64,000 nt of DNA, from contig NC_043007.1 of the NCBI RefSeq assembly GCF_006345805.1, positions 66,526,001 through 66,590,000 on the forward strand, given 5' to 3'. This DNA comes from Octopus sinensis. Its lineage: Eukaryota. Made by a program: the position numbers and the translations under genes. Under the pieces are notes generated by a model. That model made no database searches and was not told the origin of the DNA. It saw only the letters and a list, made by a program, of their open reading frames with translations. Of this stretch, positions 12,915 to 25,619 are shown one piece after another. The number at the start of each line of letters is the position of its first letter. Position 1 is the stretch's first letter.

Positions 12915-13463
12915 GCCCGATGCAGTACCAGGCAGTGGCTCTCATGCTTCTGATCTTAACTGATTGGAAGGTTATCATGTACATTGTTTTGTCTTGGTAT
13001 AAAAGATGGGCTACAGCAAATATTCTGCTCAATACCACAGATTTGCTTTTCAGTTGTTTGACCTTAACCAGTTGAGCATGTCCCTTAGTGGCTGACGATA
13101 TGTGCATCTCTGATCACGAGCAGAAGTAGTGGGGGAGCATCATAGCCATGTGTTGAGAGGGATTCTTTGGGGCTTGAATAATTCACCTCTGGAAACATGG
13201 GTGGTTCTTTCAACATCCTTAAACAACCCTTATTCAGGGACCGTTTGAGCGGGATGGGCTACTCAACCTGAAGAAAATTCTAACTGGGCCCCACCTGCAA
13301 GGTCATGTGCTGTTTATCTTGATATGAGATCACCGTGTCGCGCACATATGGTTGTGATGCATGTGCCTGTGTACCTTTATCAGACGGGTAGTCATGATGG
13401 GTATATTGGGCTTCGTATATTTACCCCAGTGTCACTTTGATGGCATGAAATGCTCTCTCACTC
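12915..13463 (+). mobile_element. (TAA)n-inserted element, copy 4 (longest 5' end)
   Basis: gcccgatgcagtaccaggcagtgg...tgctctctcactc, flanked by (AAT)n. Confidence 0.85.
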
Positions 13464-13473
13464 AATAATAATA

Positions 13474-13504
<31 letters not shown>

Positions 13505-13505
<1 letters not shown>

Positions 13506-14293
13506 GCTCAGGAGAAGCTCAGGACTCAAAGCAGAAAACAGAGGGATTTTTAATGCAGCACAAGACCAAAGCCTCCCCACCAGAAATTACCAAAAACATG
13601 TAATGAAAGAAAAGAAATATTACAAGTAACTGCAGAATATGTGGAGATGGACAAGAAACATAAATCATATTATCTCTAGCTGCCAGTCCTGGCTAAGAAG
13701 GAATATATTCACAGACATGACAGAGTTGGAACCTACATACATTGGAAGCTATGCCAACATTATGGAATAACAACAGAAAAAAGATGGTATAGGCACACAC
13801 CAGAAAAGGTCACAGAAAACGAGAAAGCAACCATACTCTGGGATATGCCGATACACACAGATAGAGAAATTAAGGCCAACAGACCAGATATAGTTGTCAG
13901 AGATCATGAGAAAAAAAAATGCTTTCTAATTGATGTATCAATACCGGCTGATGACAACGTGTCTCTAAAGAAATGGAGAAACTCTCAAAATACAAAGACC
14001 TGGAAATAGAGGTAACTAGAATGTGGAATCTGAAAACAGAAAACAATTCCTATCATAGTAGGTGCATTAGGCATGATAAAAAAATATTCAGACAAATACA
14101 TAACAAAAACACCAGGACTTACAAACACATATAACATACAGAAAATTGCACTACTAGGCACTGCACACATCCTACGCAGAAACACTTTCCATACAATAAC
14201 CATCAGAGCATCACAACAAATCACAGCACATACCCAAGGCACACAGAGCTGTGCTCGGTAGTGAAGTGAAAGCACGCTATAAAAATAAAACTA

Positions 14294-14296
<3 letters not shown>
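13505..14296 (+). mobile_element. R4/Dong-like REL retrotransposon, 5'-truncated and frameshifted
   Basis: CRICG..ETINHIISSC zinc knuckle, HDRVGTYIHW, NRPDIVVRD..LIDVSIP, IPIIVGALG; (AAT)n on both sides. Confidence 0.9.
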
Positions 14297-14355
<59 letters not shown>

Positions 14356-14367
14356 TAATAATAATAA

Positions 14368-14548
14368 GGCGTAGTGGTTGCTGTATGGTAGGTAGCTTGC
14401 TTACGAACCAAATGGTCCGCGTTCAATCTCACTGCTTGGCACCTTGGGCAAGTGTCTTGTACTGTAGCCTCGGGCCAACCAAAGCCTTGTGAGTGAATTT
14501 GGTAGACGGAAACTGAAAGAAGCCCGTCGTATATATGTATATATATAT

Positions 14549-14603
<55 letters not shown>

Positions 14604-14840
14604 TGTATGTATGTATGTGTGTATGTGTGTGTGTATATGTTTGTGTCTGTGTTTGTCCCCTCAACATCGCTTGACAACCGATGCCGGTGTATTTACGCTC
14701 CCGTAACTTAGCGGTTCGGCAAAAGAGCCCGATAGAACAAGTACTAGGCTTACAAAGAATAAGCCCTGAGGTCAATTTCCTCGACTAAAGGCAGTGCTCC
14801 AGCATGGCCGCAGTCAAATGAATGAAGCAAGTAAAAGAGT
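14368..14840 (+). mobile_element. SINE family B, full length
   Basis: tRNA-like head, accttgggcaagtgtctt CORE-like motif, internal microsatellite, tail gcagtcaaatgaatgaagcaagtaaaagag. Confidence 0.9.
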
Positions 14841-14841
14841 A

Positions 14842-14900
<59 letters not shown>

Positions 14901-15103
14901 GCATGACCCGCGTGTGTACCGTTGGCGACTTTTTTTCTCTGTCTTCCCGTCTGGTTCTTTCTTTTCCTATGTTTCCGACGAGAGCTCCGCTCGAAAACGT
15001 TAAACCTCCTTCTTCCTTCCTTCCTGAGCGTCCAATAATACTATATTTGTTCCACGTCCTCGCTTTGTTGTGTTTTCTCTTTGTGTTTTCATGTTTGGAT
15101 AAC
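14901..15103 (+). mobile_element. ~200-bp family H repeat with hammerhead-like motif (CCGACGA variant)
   Basis: ccgacga gagc tcc gctc gaaa at 14975-14996; 3' end abuts (TA)n. Confidence 0.75.
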
Positions 15104-15130
15104 ATATATATATCTATATATATATACATA

Positions 15131-15205
<75 letters not shown>

Positions 15206-15449
15206 GGTCTTTTATACGTTTATTCTGTTATTCGTTTCACCCATTGTGACTACAGCCATGCTGGAGCACTACTGTGATCTTGTACTTTTTTTCATATCAT
15301 TCTTCCTTTCATATCATTCTTCAGAATGGTGGGATTTCATATCACTTGTTCTGTGTGTACTTGCTCTTGCTTATTGGCCCATTTCGTGTGTGCAGATGTT
15401 TGCCACTGCTGCCCTCAACTCTTCCGGACCGTGATATATAAATGATACC

Positions 15450-15526
<77 letters not shown>

Positions 15527-15585
15527 TATGATATATAAATTATATATATATATATATATATTTAGATATATATAATATATGATAT

Positions 15586-15647
<62 letters not shown>

Positions 15648-15937
15648 GTTTTGGATTTGGTTTTGCAAGATTTTTATATGAGTTAAGACTACTGAAAAGG
15701 TTGCAAGACGCAACGAAAATTTCAGGAAAATAAAAATAAGAAATAAGTGGAAATTTTACCGGTGAGTGTGTTAAATTATAAGGCACAAAAAGAAAATGAC
15801 TCTCCCCAGATACAACAAAATATGTATATATGTATATATCATATAAATATCAAATAAACAGATGTTCATCTCTCACTGGATGGAGTACTTTTCTTTTTTG
15901 TTGTTGATCCAACATATATCGGAGCAGTAAGCTATAT

Positions 15938-16015
<78 letters not shown>

Positions 16016-16187
16016 GCATGTATGTATGTATATAAAAGTGATAAGTGCCAACGCACGAAATTCACTGACTTTGAGCCACTCTGTTATTTCCACTAAATAT
16101 TAATAAAAATATACATACGCTCAAATTTTTACTTCTATTTTTCCTGTTTGCATCACCATAACTATATACATATTAAAGGAAAAGCAA

Positions 16188-16306
16188 AACAAAACTATGG
16201 CAGGACAAGCACCTCAACTCATTTAGAATATTTAATTAGAGTATAGGTAAATCTCTAATAAAATATTCTAAATGACCTGAGATGCTCACCCTGCCTTGGT
16301 TTTGTT
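16188..16306 (-). other. Imperfect hairpin of pre-miRNA/MITE size
   Basis: 16199-16241 pairs with 16253-16295 around an 11-nt loop. Confidence 0.75.
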
Positions 16307-16486
16307 GTCCTTTTCTTTTAATATATACCTACTGACTCAGAAGCCTACTACGGATTCCAAACTCCAGCCTCAGTTGTGAAATTGGAAGCTAACGGATGAC
16401 CAATTACAGCACTTATGCAGCAGCGTACCAATTAGTTTAGAGCATCGGTGAACTAAACCTCTCATATTCTTCATTTATATATATAT

Positions 16487-16525
<39 letters not shown>

Positions 16526-16579
16526 TAATGGCTGACGGTTAGTAAGGATAGACACAAATAAGTAAGAAGAAAACAAAAG

Positions 16580-16795
16580 GACCACTGATGCGGTCACAGG
16601 AGTGTGACGAAAGAACTCTGGCCGAAATAAGATTAAGATTAATGTAAAAAATAAATAACACTGAAGCAAAGTAACACCAAATATATAGTGCGTGTGTTTT
16701 TATTGGCTAAACTGGCAAAATGACCATTCCTAAATACAACAATATCTGTTTCAACACACGACTTCACATAAAAAATCTTGCACAACAAATATTTA
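16580..16795 (+). mobile_element. Putative PLE terminal-repeat remnant with hammerhead-like motif
   Basis: cca-CTGATGCG-gtcac-aggagt-gtgac-GAAA-gaac-TC-tgg; related pieces at ~1790, ~19680 and ~20000. Confidence 0.5.
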
Positions 16796-16823
16796 AACGT
16801 ATATATATATATAGAGCTATGTA

Positions 16824-17460
16824 GGTGCAGGAGTGGCTGTGTGGTAAGTGGCTTGTTTACGAACCACGTGGTTCTGGGTTCAGTCCCACTGCGTTGTACC
16901 TTGGGCAAGTGTCTTCTACTATAGCCTCGGGCCGACCAAAGCCTTGTGAGTGGATTTGGTTGACGGAAACTGAAAAAAGCCCGTCATATATATGTATGTG
17001 TGTGTGTGTGTGTGTGTGTCTGAGTTTGTCCTCTCAACATCGCTTGACAACTGATGCTCGTGTGCTTATATCCCCGTAACTTAGCGGTTCGGCAAAAGAG
17101 AACGATAGAATAAGTATTAGGCTTACAAGGTCGATTTGCTCGACTAAAGGCGGTGCTCCAGCTTGGCCGCAGTAAAATGACGGAAAAAAGTAAAAGAGTG
17201 AAAGAGTAAAAAAAAAGAGTATGTATATATATGTATGCATATATATGTATGTATATGTATGTAAGTATGTATGCATGTGTGTGTGCATATGTTTGTGTGT
17301 GTTTGTCCTTCACCATCGCTTGACATCTGATGCTGGCAAAAAACCGATAGAATATGTACTAGGCTTACAAAGAATAAGTCCTGGGGTCGATTTGCTCGAC
17401 TAAAAGCGGTGCTCCAGCATGGCCGCAGTCAAATGAAACAAGTAAAAGAATAAAAGAAAG
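16824..17460 (+). mobile_element. SINE family B with a duplicated 3' half
   Basis: Full copy to ~17220, then a second catcgcttgac...ggtcgatttgctcgactaaa tail. Confidence 0.85.
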
Positions 17461-17480
17461 AATGAAATATATCAACACCG

Positions 17481-18563
17481 ACAGATAAAAGATGCATACG
17501 TATAAGACACAGAGGGTCCCTAGTTCTTCATCAATTATCAACCAAAATGGTAATACTCAGTTTTGCACCGTTAATGATCAGATTGAGGGCTTCCCATGTT
17601 GGTGATTCCAGCGAAAGACGCAGGGAATCGGGCCTCAAGCAAACAAAACGACACAAAGTAGACATACGAAAATAAAAAATACAATTTAGGCCATGGGCAA
17701 AGACGAACGGGCAAAATACAGCCAAAAGACAAGAATGGTAGATAACGCTTAGAAGAAATCCTGTAGGATATAGACAACAACAAATAGCATGACAGAGAAA
17801 TTTTTTTACGACGGAGAGAGAATGAAGGAAAACTGGACACGGGTCGCGTATCAGCAGCAGACAGAGAAGAAAGGGAGAGAGAGCGAAAGAGAGAAGCTAG
17901 AGGAGAAGTTAGAGGGAAAATAAGGGAAAGAAATGAAGGGAGAAAGGGGGGAAGAAAGGCTGCAAAGTGAGAGGGTGAGAGAGAGAAAAAGGGAAAAGTG
18001 GACAGGCTAGAAATAGAAGTAACAAGGCAAGAGAGAAAAGGAGAAAGAGTAGAGTCATACACGAGTAGAGTCACACAGTTAATAAACGTCAAGTGTGTGT
18101 TGCGTACCGTTACATAATAATTGAAAAATTCATTCCTCTCTCACCCTGTTACTTCTATTTCTCCTCCCCCTTTCCCCCATTTCTTCCCTTATTTTTTCTC
18201 TTACACCGGCCGCCCAACGATTCGGTCGCAAAATGAGTACTCTTGCTATTTGGTTTTGTCTATATCGTTCAGGATTTCTTCTAAGCGTTGCCTGCCATTC
18301 TTGTCTTTTGGCCCTAAGGCTCTATTTTGCTCGTTTCGTCTTTACCCATCGCCTTAAATTATATATTTTTTTCACTTTTGTATGTCTACTTTGTGTCATC
18401 TTTTTGCTTGAGGCCCAATTCTCAGCGACTTTCGCTGGCACCGCCAACACGGGAAGCCCTCAGTTTTATCATTAATGGTGCGAAACTGAGTATTAACATT
18501 TTGGTTAATAACTAATGAAGAACTAGGTACCCCCTGTGTCTTATACGTATGTTTTTTTATCTG
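17481..18563. mobile_element. ~1.08-kb foldback element with ~310-bp diverged inverted arms
   Basis: ~17481-17795 is the inverse of ~18242-18563; purine-rich then pyrimidine-rich spacer; no ORF. Confidence 0.8.
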
Positions 18564-18672
18564 TTGCTGTTTATTTACAATGCATTTTTTTCATTTATTA
18601 AGTAACGTTACGCAACACCACACTTGACCCACACACACACGTACAGACTATATATATATATATATATATATA

Positions 18673-18710
<38 letters not shown>

Positions 18711-18745
18711 GATACATACACATATATATACATACTCACACACAT

Positions 18746-18943
18746 TGTGACGCGTGTGTATCGTTGGTGATTTTCTTTCTCCGTCTTCCCTTCCTTGGAC
18801 TTTCTTTTCCTATGTTTCTGACGAAGAGCTCCCGCTCGAAACGTTAAATCCTCCTTCTTTCCTTTTCTTTCCTGACCGTCCAATAACATTATACTTGTTC
18901 CACGTCCTCGCGTGGTGTTTTCTCTTTGTTTATGTTTGGAGTA
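18746..18943 (+). mobile_element. Family H repeat with hammerhead-like motif
   Basis: gttt-CTGACGA-a-gagc-tccc-gctc-GAAA-cgtt-aaat at 18814-18849. Confidence 0.8.
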
Positions 18944-18971
18944 CTATATATATATATATATTATATATATA

Positions 18972-19002
<31 letters not shown>

Positions 19003-19591
19003 AACAACACTAGTGAGCGGACGGACAAATGAAAGAGGCACTCAACACATTTGGTAAGGCTTATATTATTACTTAAGAGATAGCTTGATTCATCCCCATG
19101 CAACTTGTCACAGGAACCTAGCTGGTCGCCCAAGCCTGACCAGCCTATGAAGCTAATATATATGCTGCTCCATATATGATCGCAGTGGCATAGCTAAAAC
19201 AAGTAAAAGACTAAAAGAGTATTATGTTTTTTCTCATGTTTTTTTTCCTTAAATTCTTCACACTGATGAGAATGACAATATATAACTTTAATTATAATTA
19301 TTATTATAATTTTTTATTACATATTTGTATTACGCTTTGAAACGTTCGTATGTACTTGTTAAATCAATTTCTGATTTTTTAACATCTTTTCTCCATTTTT
19401 ATAATTGTCAGTGGTATCTTTATACCTATGGCGATCTTTTTCAATTTGTTATTTTCATATTCTTACTGCTTTCTCTAGCAGGATATTCCTGAATATGATG
19501 AATTTTTATTGGAAATTATTTTCTCTCTTTTTGGACTCCTCAAAAAGTTTGAATTGCTCAACTTGAACTTTTTCTCTCACATATATGTATT

Positions 19592-19638
<47 letters not shown>

Positions 19639-20115
19639 TGTATACACACACACACACACACACACACACTTATGAATTTGCGTTGCAAGATTCCTGATGT
19701 GAAAAAGTGTATTGAAACAGATATTGTATTTCGGATGGTCATTTTTATGCCAAATAAACACACGTACTATATATATATATAATATATATATATATATCTA
19801 TATATATATATATATTATATATTATATATAATATAATATATATGTATGTATGTATGTATGTGTGTATGTAGGTATTATGTATAGTATGTATGTATGTATA
19901 TATGTATGTATGTATGTATGTATGTTATTTATGTCATGTATGTATGTATGTATATGTGTATGTATATACGTATATGCATTTGTTTTTGCAGATTCTGGCT
20001 TTGAAATAGTGTGTTGAAAATGATATTGTTATACTTGGGGACGGTCATTAAAAATTTTATAACTTTTTTAAAAAATCACTTTTACACTTCAATCTATATT
20101 AAGCAATCTCATAGA

Positions 20116-20163
<48 letters not shown>

Positions 20164-20167
20164 CATG

Positions 20168-20210
<43 letters not shown>

Positions 20211-20287
20211 CTATAATAATATATATACATATATATATATACTGTTATATATACATATACAATAGATAGATAGATAGATAGATAGAT

Positions 20288-20355
<68 letters not shown>

Positions 20356-20778
20356 TATTCAGGATGAATACTTGATAAATGTAAGCACCTGTATAGGTGA
20401 TAGGATAAGGGCTGAATAGAAAAATTTGACGAAAACATAACAACGGAAAAATTAACAAAAACAAGCGGGAAAATAAACAAGAACGTACTACACGAAAATT
20501 TCGCAGCTTCTTCCTCATCAGTCAATATCCAAGATATTCCAGTGGTTTCGCGCTTTTGACATTGATACCCCTTCCCTTTTGGCAGCGCCAGAGCAAGAAG
20601 CCCCTGGGAATGGCTTACGAATGTATACCACGACAAAAAGAAACAAGACAAGATGAAAGTATAACAATTGTACGTATACGATAAGATAGTAGCATAATAA
20701 TAATATAATTACAACAGAAAATTATACATATGCAATAGAAAAGGGCCTTTCAACTGTACAGTTGAAAAGGAAAAGTTT

Positions 20779-20992
20779 TTGTATCTGTGTCTGTCACCCA
20801 TCACCGCTTGACAACCAGTATTGGTGTGTTTACATCCCCGTAACATAGCGGCCCGACAAAAGCGACTGATAGAATAAGTACTAGACTTAAGAAATAAGTC
20901 CTGGGGTCGATTTCCTCCACTAAAATCCTTCAAGGTGGTGCTCCAGCTTGGCTGCAGTCAAATAACTGAAACAAGTAATATAGTAAAAGAGT
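20779..20992 (+). mobile_element. SINE family B, 3' half
   Basis: accgcttgacaacc...gtcctggggtcgatt. Confidence 0.8.
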
Positions 20993-22299
20993 ATATGATA
21001 TTGTACCATTTATACAGCCTGATGTTTATTTGATGAAAATTTAATGAAGAAAAATAAAGAACAAGGTTTTATGTAACAGAAACAGTTCCAAAATAATACA
21101 CTCCAAAAGCAGAGTATGTTTAATCTTTATCAAGCCACATAAAAATGTGAAAGAACATAACTATTCTTAACAGATAGTATGCAAATTAACCATCTTCAAA
21201 TACAGGATCCGTTTACTCAGTACTGGGCACAATATATAACATGATGTTTCACAGTATTACCGGATTTCTGGAAGCCTGGTAAGAAATCCGTTGCTGTACT
21301 CTAAATAGCTAAAGGTTGCTATTAACATTAGTCTACAAATGAATAACATTGTCGATAGAACAATAAAACATGGAGAAACTAAACTGGATGATCGTCTTTA
21401 CCAGGTCTCGGAGATGATAAAAAAAACACATTATTTAACCAAAATATCTACTTTTCGTTGAAAGGCCAAAAATGTGTTTACAAAAACACACCCACTCGTG
21501 TGTTTTTCTTTTCTTTTTCCCTAAACAACATAGTGTGGTTTGAGGGAATTTTTGCATCTATTTCTCGCAGGCCGAATGGCCACGTATATACTCGTTCATC
21601 AACTTGAGCTTTTTCATTAGTTCTGGCACATATAACATCTCTATGATGCAAGTGGGAGCTTTTCATCCATTTTGTAGTTTGAGCGTATTTGATGTTTCTA
21701 ATATGATATTTTAATCACTGTATATATGTTAATTGAGATTTGTTGCCGATTGCTATTAATGTCCGATTTTCTACTTAAACTGTACTAATTGTATAATAAC
21801 TATTAAATGTGTTAGTGTAACAATTATTGACTAAAACCGCCATCATTAATTTGTGAATAGAGAAATTGTTAGCTGGGGCATAGTAAATATTCTTCTCGCA
21901 CGAGTGAATTTATGATCGAAGTGTTCTATCTTAGGGGTGGAGGAGAAAAAAATCACTTTCGGTATTAACGTAACAATAATGATTAATATGTTGAATATGA
22001 AAGTTGGTGGTATACGTATTGTAGCATGCCTGCCCTCCAGAACGGCATCTCTCTGACACGTTTGATTATCCATCTTTTCTTCTACAATCATCGACCTAAC
22101 AGAAATAATATAAATAGATCGATAATTACATTGATCTTTCCAGTCCAGAGGGCCTTTCAGAATATTTTTTCTTGAAAAATTAAAATAAATAAAAACAAAT
22201 AAATGTAACCAATTACACAATCTAAAATAAGAAAGATGATAATGAAACCTTTTTTTTAGATTTGCCCTAATCCGCTTAAAACGGAGTAAATTAACTCTA

Positions 22300-22680
22300 T
22301 CCGTTATTTCGAGCGGCTTACCCGGAAGGAAACCACTCTTTCTCTCCAAATGTTCCTGTCTTCCATGACATTTTTGAGCTCTTCTATTTGTAACTCGATA
22401 TCACGAGGGAGTTGATCAATATACGTCATTCTGGATCGTCCGACATGATAATTCCCATGGCTCAGGACACTGACTGAACTCATTCACTAACTCATCTTTG
22501 CTTCGATAGCACTGACCAGCATATCTTATCTTCCACTCTCGATTGATGATATGTTGGGGATATTTCCATAACGTTCTTATTTCGTTGAATATTGTTTCCA
22601 TGCTTTGTTGAGAACAGCATGCAACATATGTACTGTATATATGTTGGTACCATCAAGCAAAGGAACTCTAGATATGAGCA
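22300..22680 (-). mobile_element. RTE-like LINE 3' end remnant
   Basis: KIRYAGQCYRSKDELV...YIDQLPRDIELQIEELKNVMEDRNIWRERV across frameshifts. Confidence 0.7.
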
Positions 22681-23609
22681 AAATATTTAAAATTAACCTC
22701 CAGCGGTTTCACCGAGGTATAATGCAGTTGCTATTTCATCAACTGAACTAACTACTCATAAAAATTATACTCACTCTAAGTGGCTGTGTATTCCAAAGTT
22801 ACATACACCCTTAGCATAATTCTCATATAAAATCAGTGCGACGGTCAGTGTACGACAAAGCTGGCTGTTTGAATTACAGTTACCATCTACCCGATGAATC
22901 CCACTCGGGTTTCTTTCAGCTCGATTTCACATGCAAGGCTTGATCGACACGAAGGTTATGGATAAAGGAACTTGACACAGATGCTACACTACTGGCATGA
23001 ATTTACTCAATTTTCTGGATGTTTTCTTGTTATTTTGTGCTGTTGTTGTTTATCCCAAGTCATCTCTGATTCAGTATTCTAGCCTTTGGCCATCCCCTCT
23101 ACTTTAGCTTATGTAAGTCAACATTACCAAATGTGTTCTGACCGTATTTACACATTAACGGACCGAATATCCGACAAGCTTTGGACTGGAAGTGGCCTGG
23201 ATTTCTGGAATTTTCGGTTTCCTGAAAACAGCCTTAATATAATATAATATAATATAATATACAGTATGAAAAGCAGAGAACTAAGTATTTAAAAGATCCA
23301 AATTAATACACTTCTAAAGCAGGACCTATTTGATATTTATTAATTTGCTTCAGATTCTTATGATATATCATACTGTACCATATATATAGTATTATGTCAA
23401 TAGGAAGAAAATTAAAGGAGGAAAAATAAAGAACCTGATTTTATTTCACAAACACGGGTACAAATTAATACGCTTTTCTAAAGTAGATCATGTTTAATTT
23501 TTATCAATCTACATAAAATGTAAAGAATAAAACTAGTTTTAACACACTGTGTGGCAAATTAACCAGCTTCAAAAACAGGGTCTTCTCACTCAATACAGGG
23601 TTCAATATA

Positions 23610-23996
23610 TTCTTTTCTACACTAGGCACAAGGTCCAAAATTTTGGGGGAGGGGGCCAGTCGGTTAACTCGACCCCAGTGCACAACTGGTACTTAATTTA
23701 TCAACTCCGAAAGGATGAAAAGCAAAGTCGAATTTGAACTCAGAGCGTAATGACAGACGAAATACCTATTTCTTTACTACCCACAAGGGGTTAAACAGAG
23801 AGAATAAACAAGGACAGACAAACGGAAGAAGTCGATTATATTGACCCAAGTGCGTAACTGGTACTTATTTAATCGACCCCGAAAGGAGGAAAGGCAAAGT
23901 CGACTTCGGCGGAATTTGATTTCAGAACGTAGCGGCAGACGAAGCACCGCTTAGCATTTTGCCCGGCGTGCAAACGTTTCTGCTTACTCGCCGCCT
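23610..23996 (-). mobile_element. Dimeric SINE family A (full monomer plus headless monomer)
   Basis: Two successive aaaggatgaaa...aatttga..tcaga units. Confidence 0.8.
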
Positions 23997-24619
23997 TCGG
24001 GGTACAATATATTGCACAGTATTCCCGGGTTTCTGGTAATTTCAAATTTCTGAAAATTCCTGTATCTGGAAGCAGAGTAAGAGGTCCGTCATTGTATGAG
24101 TGGGAGGTAACTGATTAGAGATAGACTTGGCTGCTTTTATAACAGCTCGAGCAACCCTTTACAGAAGTGTTTCCGAAGGTGATGTGTGCCATAATTTTTT
24201 GGACCGCATATTACTTCAGCATTGGCATTCCCGCTAATTTCACCGTCATCAATTCATCACAGGGAAAGTATACCGTATGAACATTTTGATATAATTTTTC
24301 AACTTCAATTTTTCTCTCGTTTTCTATTTTTTGTTTGTTTTTAATAAATTAGTTTTTAACTATTAATGATGAGATACTACGGATATATTTTCTTAGTAGA
24401 CTTTCCTCACGGTCAACTTTCTTCGCAGTGATGGCGGTGAACTCTCATATGATGGCGATGGCGATGAACTCACTTGCAATACAGAATGAGGTGTGGGTTA
24501 AGCAACAAGTGAGTAAATCTTACAAATCAGTCTTAAATCTTCTTTTGAATATGTCTATGTTAATAGATTAGCGAGATTAGCGTTTAAGTGGGACTAACCG
24601 CTGGTACCACTGCTAACAA

Positions 24620-25602
24620 TTCTTTCTACTGTAGGCACAAGGCCTGAACTTTTAGGGAAGGTGTCTCGTCGATTAAATCAACTCCTGTACTCAACTGATA
24701 CTTATTTTATCGACCCCGAAAGGATAAAAGGGCAACTCGATTTGGGCGGAATTTGAACTCAGAATGTAAAGGCCCGAAGAAATGCCACTGAGCACGTTAT
24801 CCAACGTAATAACGATTCTGTCGGATCGCCGTCTATTTTGCCACTACTACCAATGGTTTCCAGTTTTGTACAAAGCCAACAATTTTTTAGGAAAGGGTGA
24901 AGTTGATTATATCAACTCCAGTACTTCACTGGTGCTCATATTATCGACTCAAAAGGATAAAATGCAAAGTCGACCTTGGCGGAATTTGAACTCAAAGTGT
25001 AAAGACGGACGAAATTCCATTATTCATTTTGTTCGGTCCTAACAGCTCGCCGCCTTTTTTACCAGTACTGATAACCCTTTCTACTACTGGCACATTTTAG
25101 GGAGGGGCTGGTCGATCACATCGGTCTCATTACACAACCAGTACTTACCACACTAGATGATAGTTTCAAGTTATGGCACAAGGCCTGCACTTTCAGGGAA
25201 GGGGGGAAGTCAATTACATAGATACCCCACCAGTGTTCAACTGGTACCTATTTTATCGATCCAGAGATGATGAAAGGCTAAGTCGACCTCGGCGGAATTT
25301 GAACGCAGAACGTAAATACGAACGAAATGCTTGGTGGCATTTCGTCCGGGTTACAAAGAATTCTGTCAACTCGCCAACTTAACCACAGCTAATAATCCTT
25401 TCTACTCTAAGCCTGAAGTTTTGGTGGAGGGACCAAATCGATTACATCAACCCCAGTGTTTTACTGGTACTTATTTTATCGATCCTGAAACGATAAAAAG
25501 CAAAGTCAGCCTCGATGGAATTTGAACTCTGAACGTAAGGACAGACGAAATGCCACTAAGCATTTTATCCGGCGTGCCAACAATTCTGCCAGCTCGCCGC
25601 CT
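24620..25602 (-). mobile_element. Head-to-tail cluster of 4-5 diverged family A SINEs
   Basis: ggcggaatttgaactc-type cores at ~24745, ~24980, ~25290 and ~25515, all in the same orientation. Confidence 0.85.
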
Positions 25603-25619
25603 TAACCACAAATAATGCC

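Noticed and set aside
18533-18551. 15/19 match to the Tn5/Nextera mosaic end
   Set aside because: It is part of a long diverged inverted repeat that continues beyond the match, so it is coincidental rather than adapter contamination.
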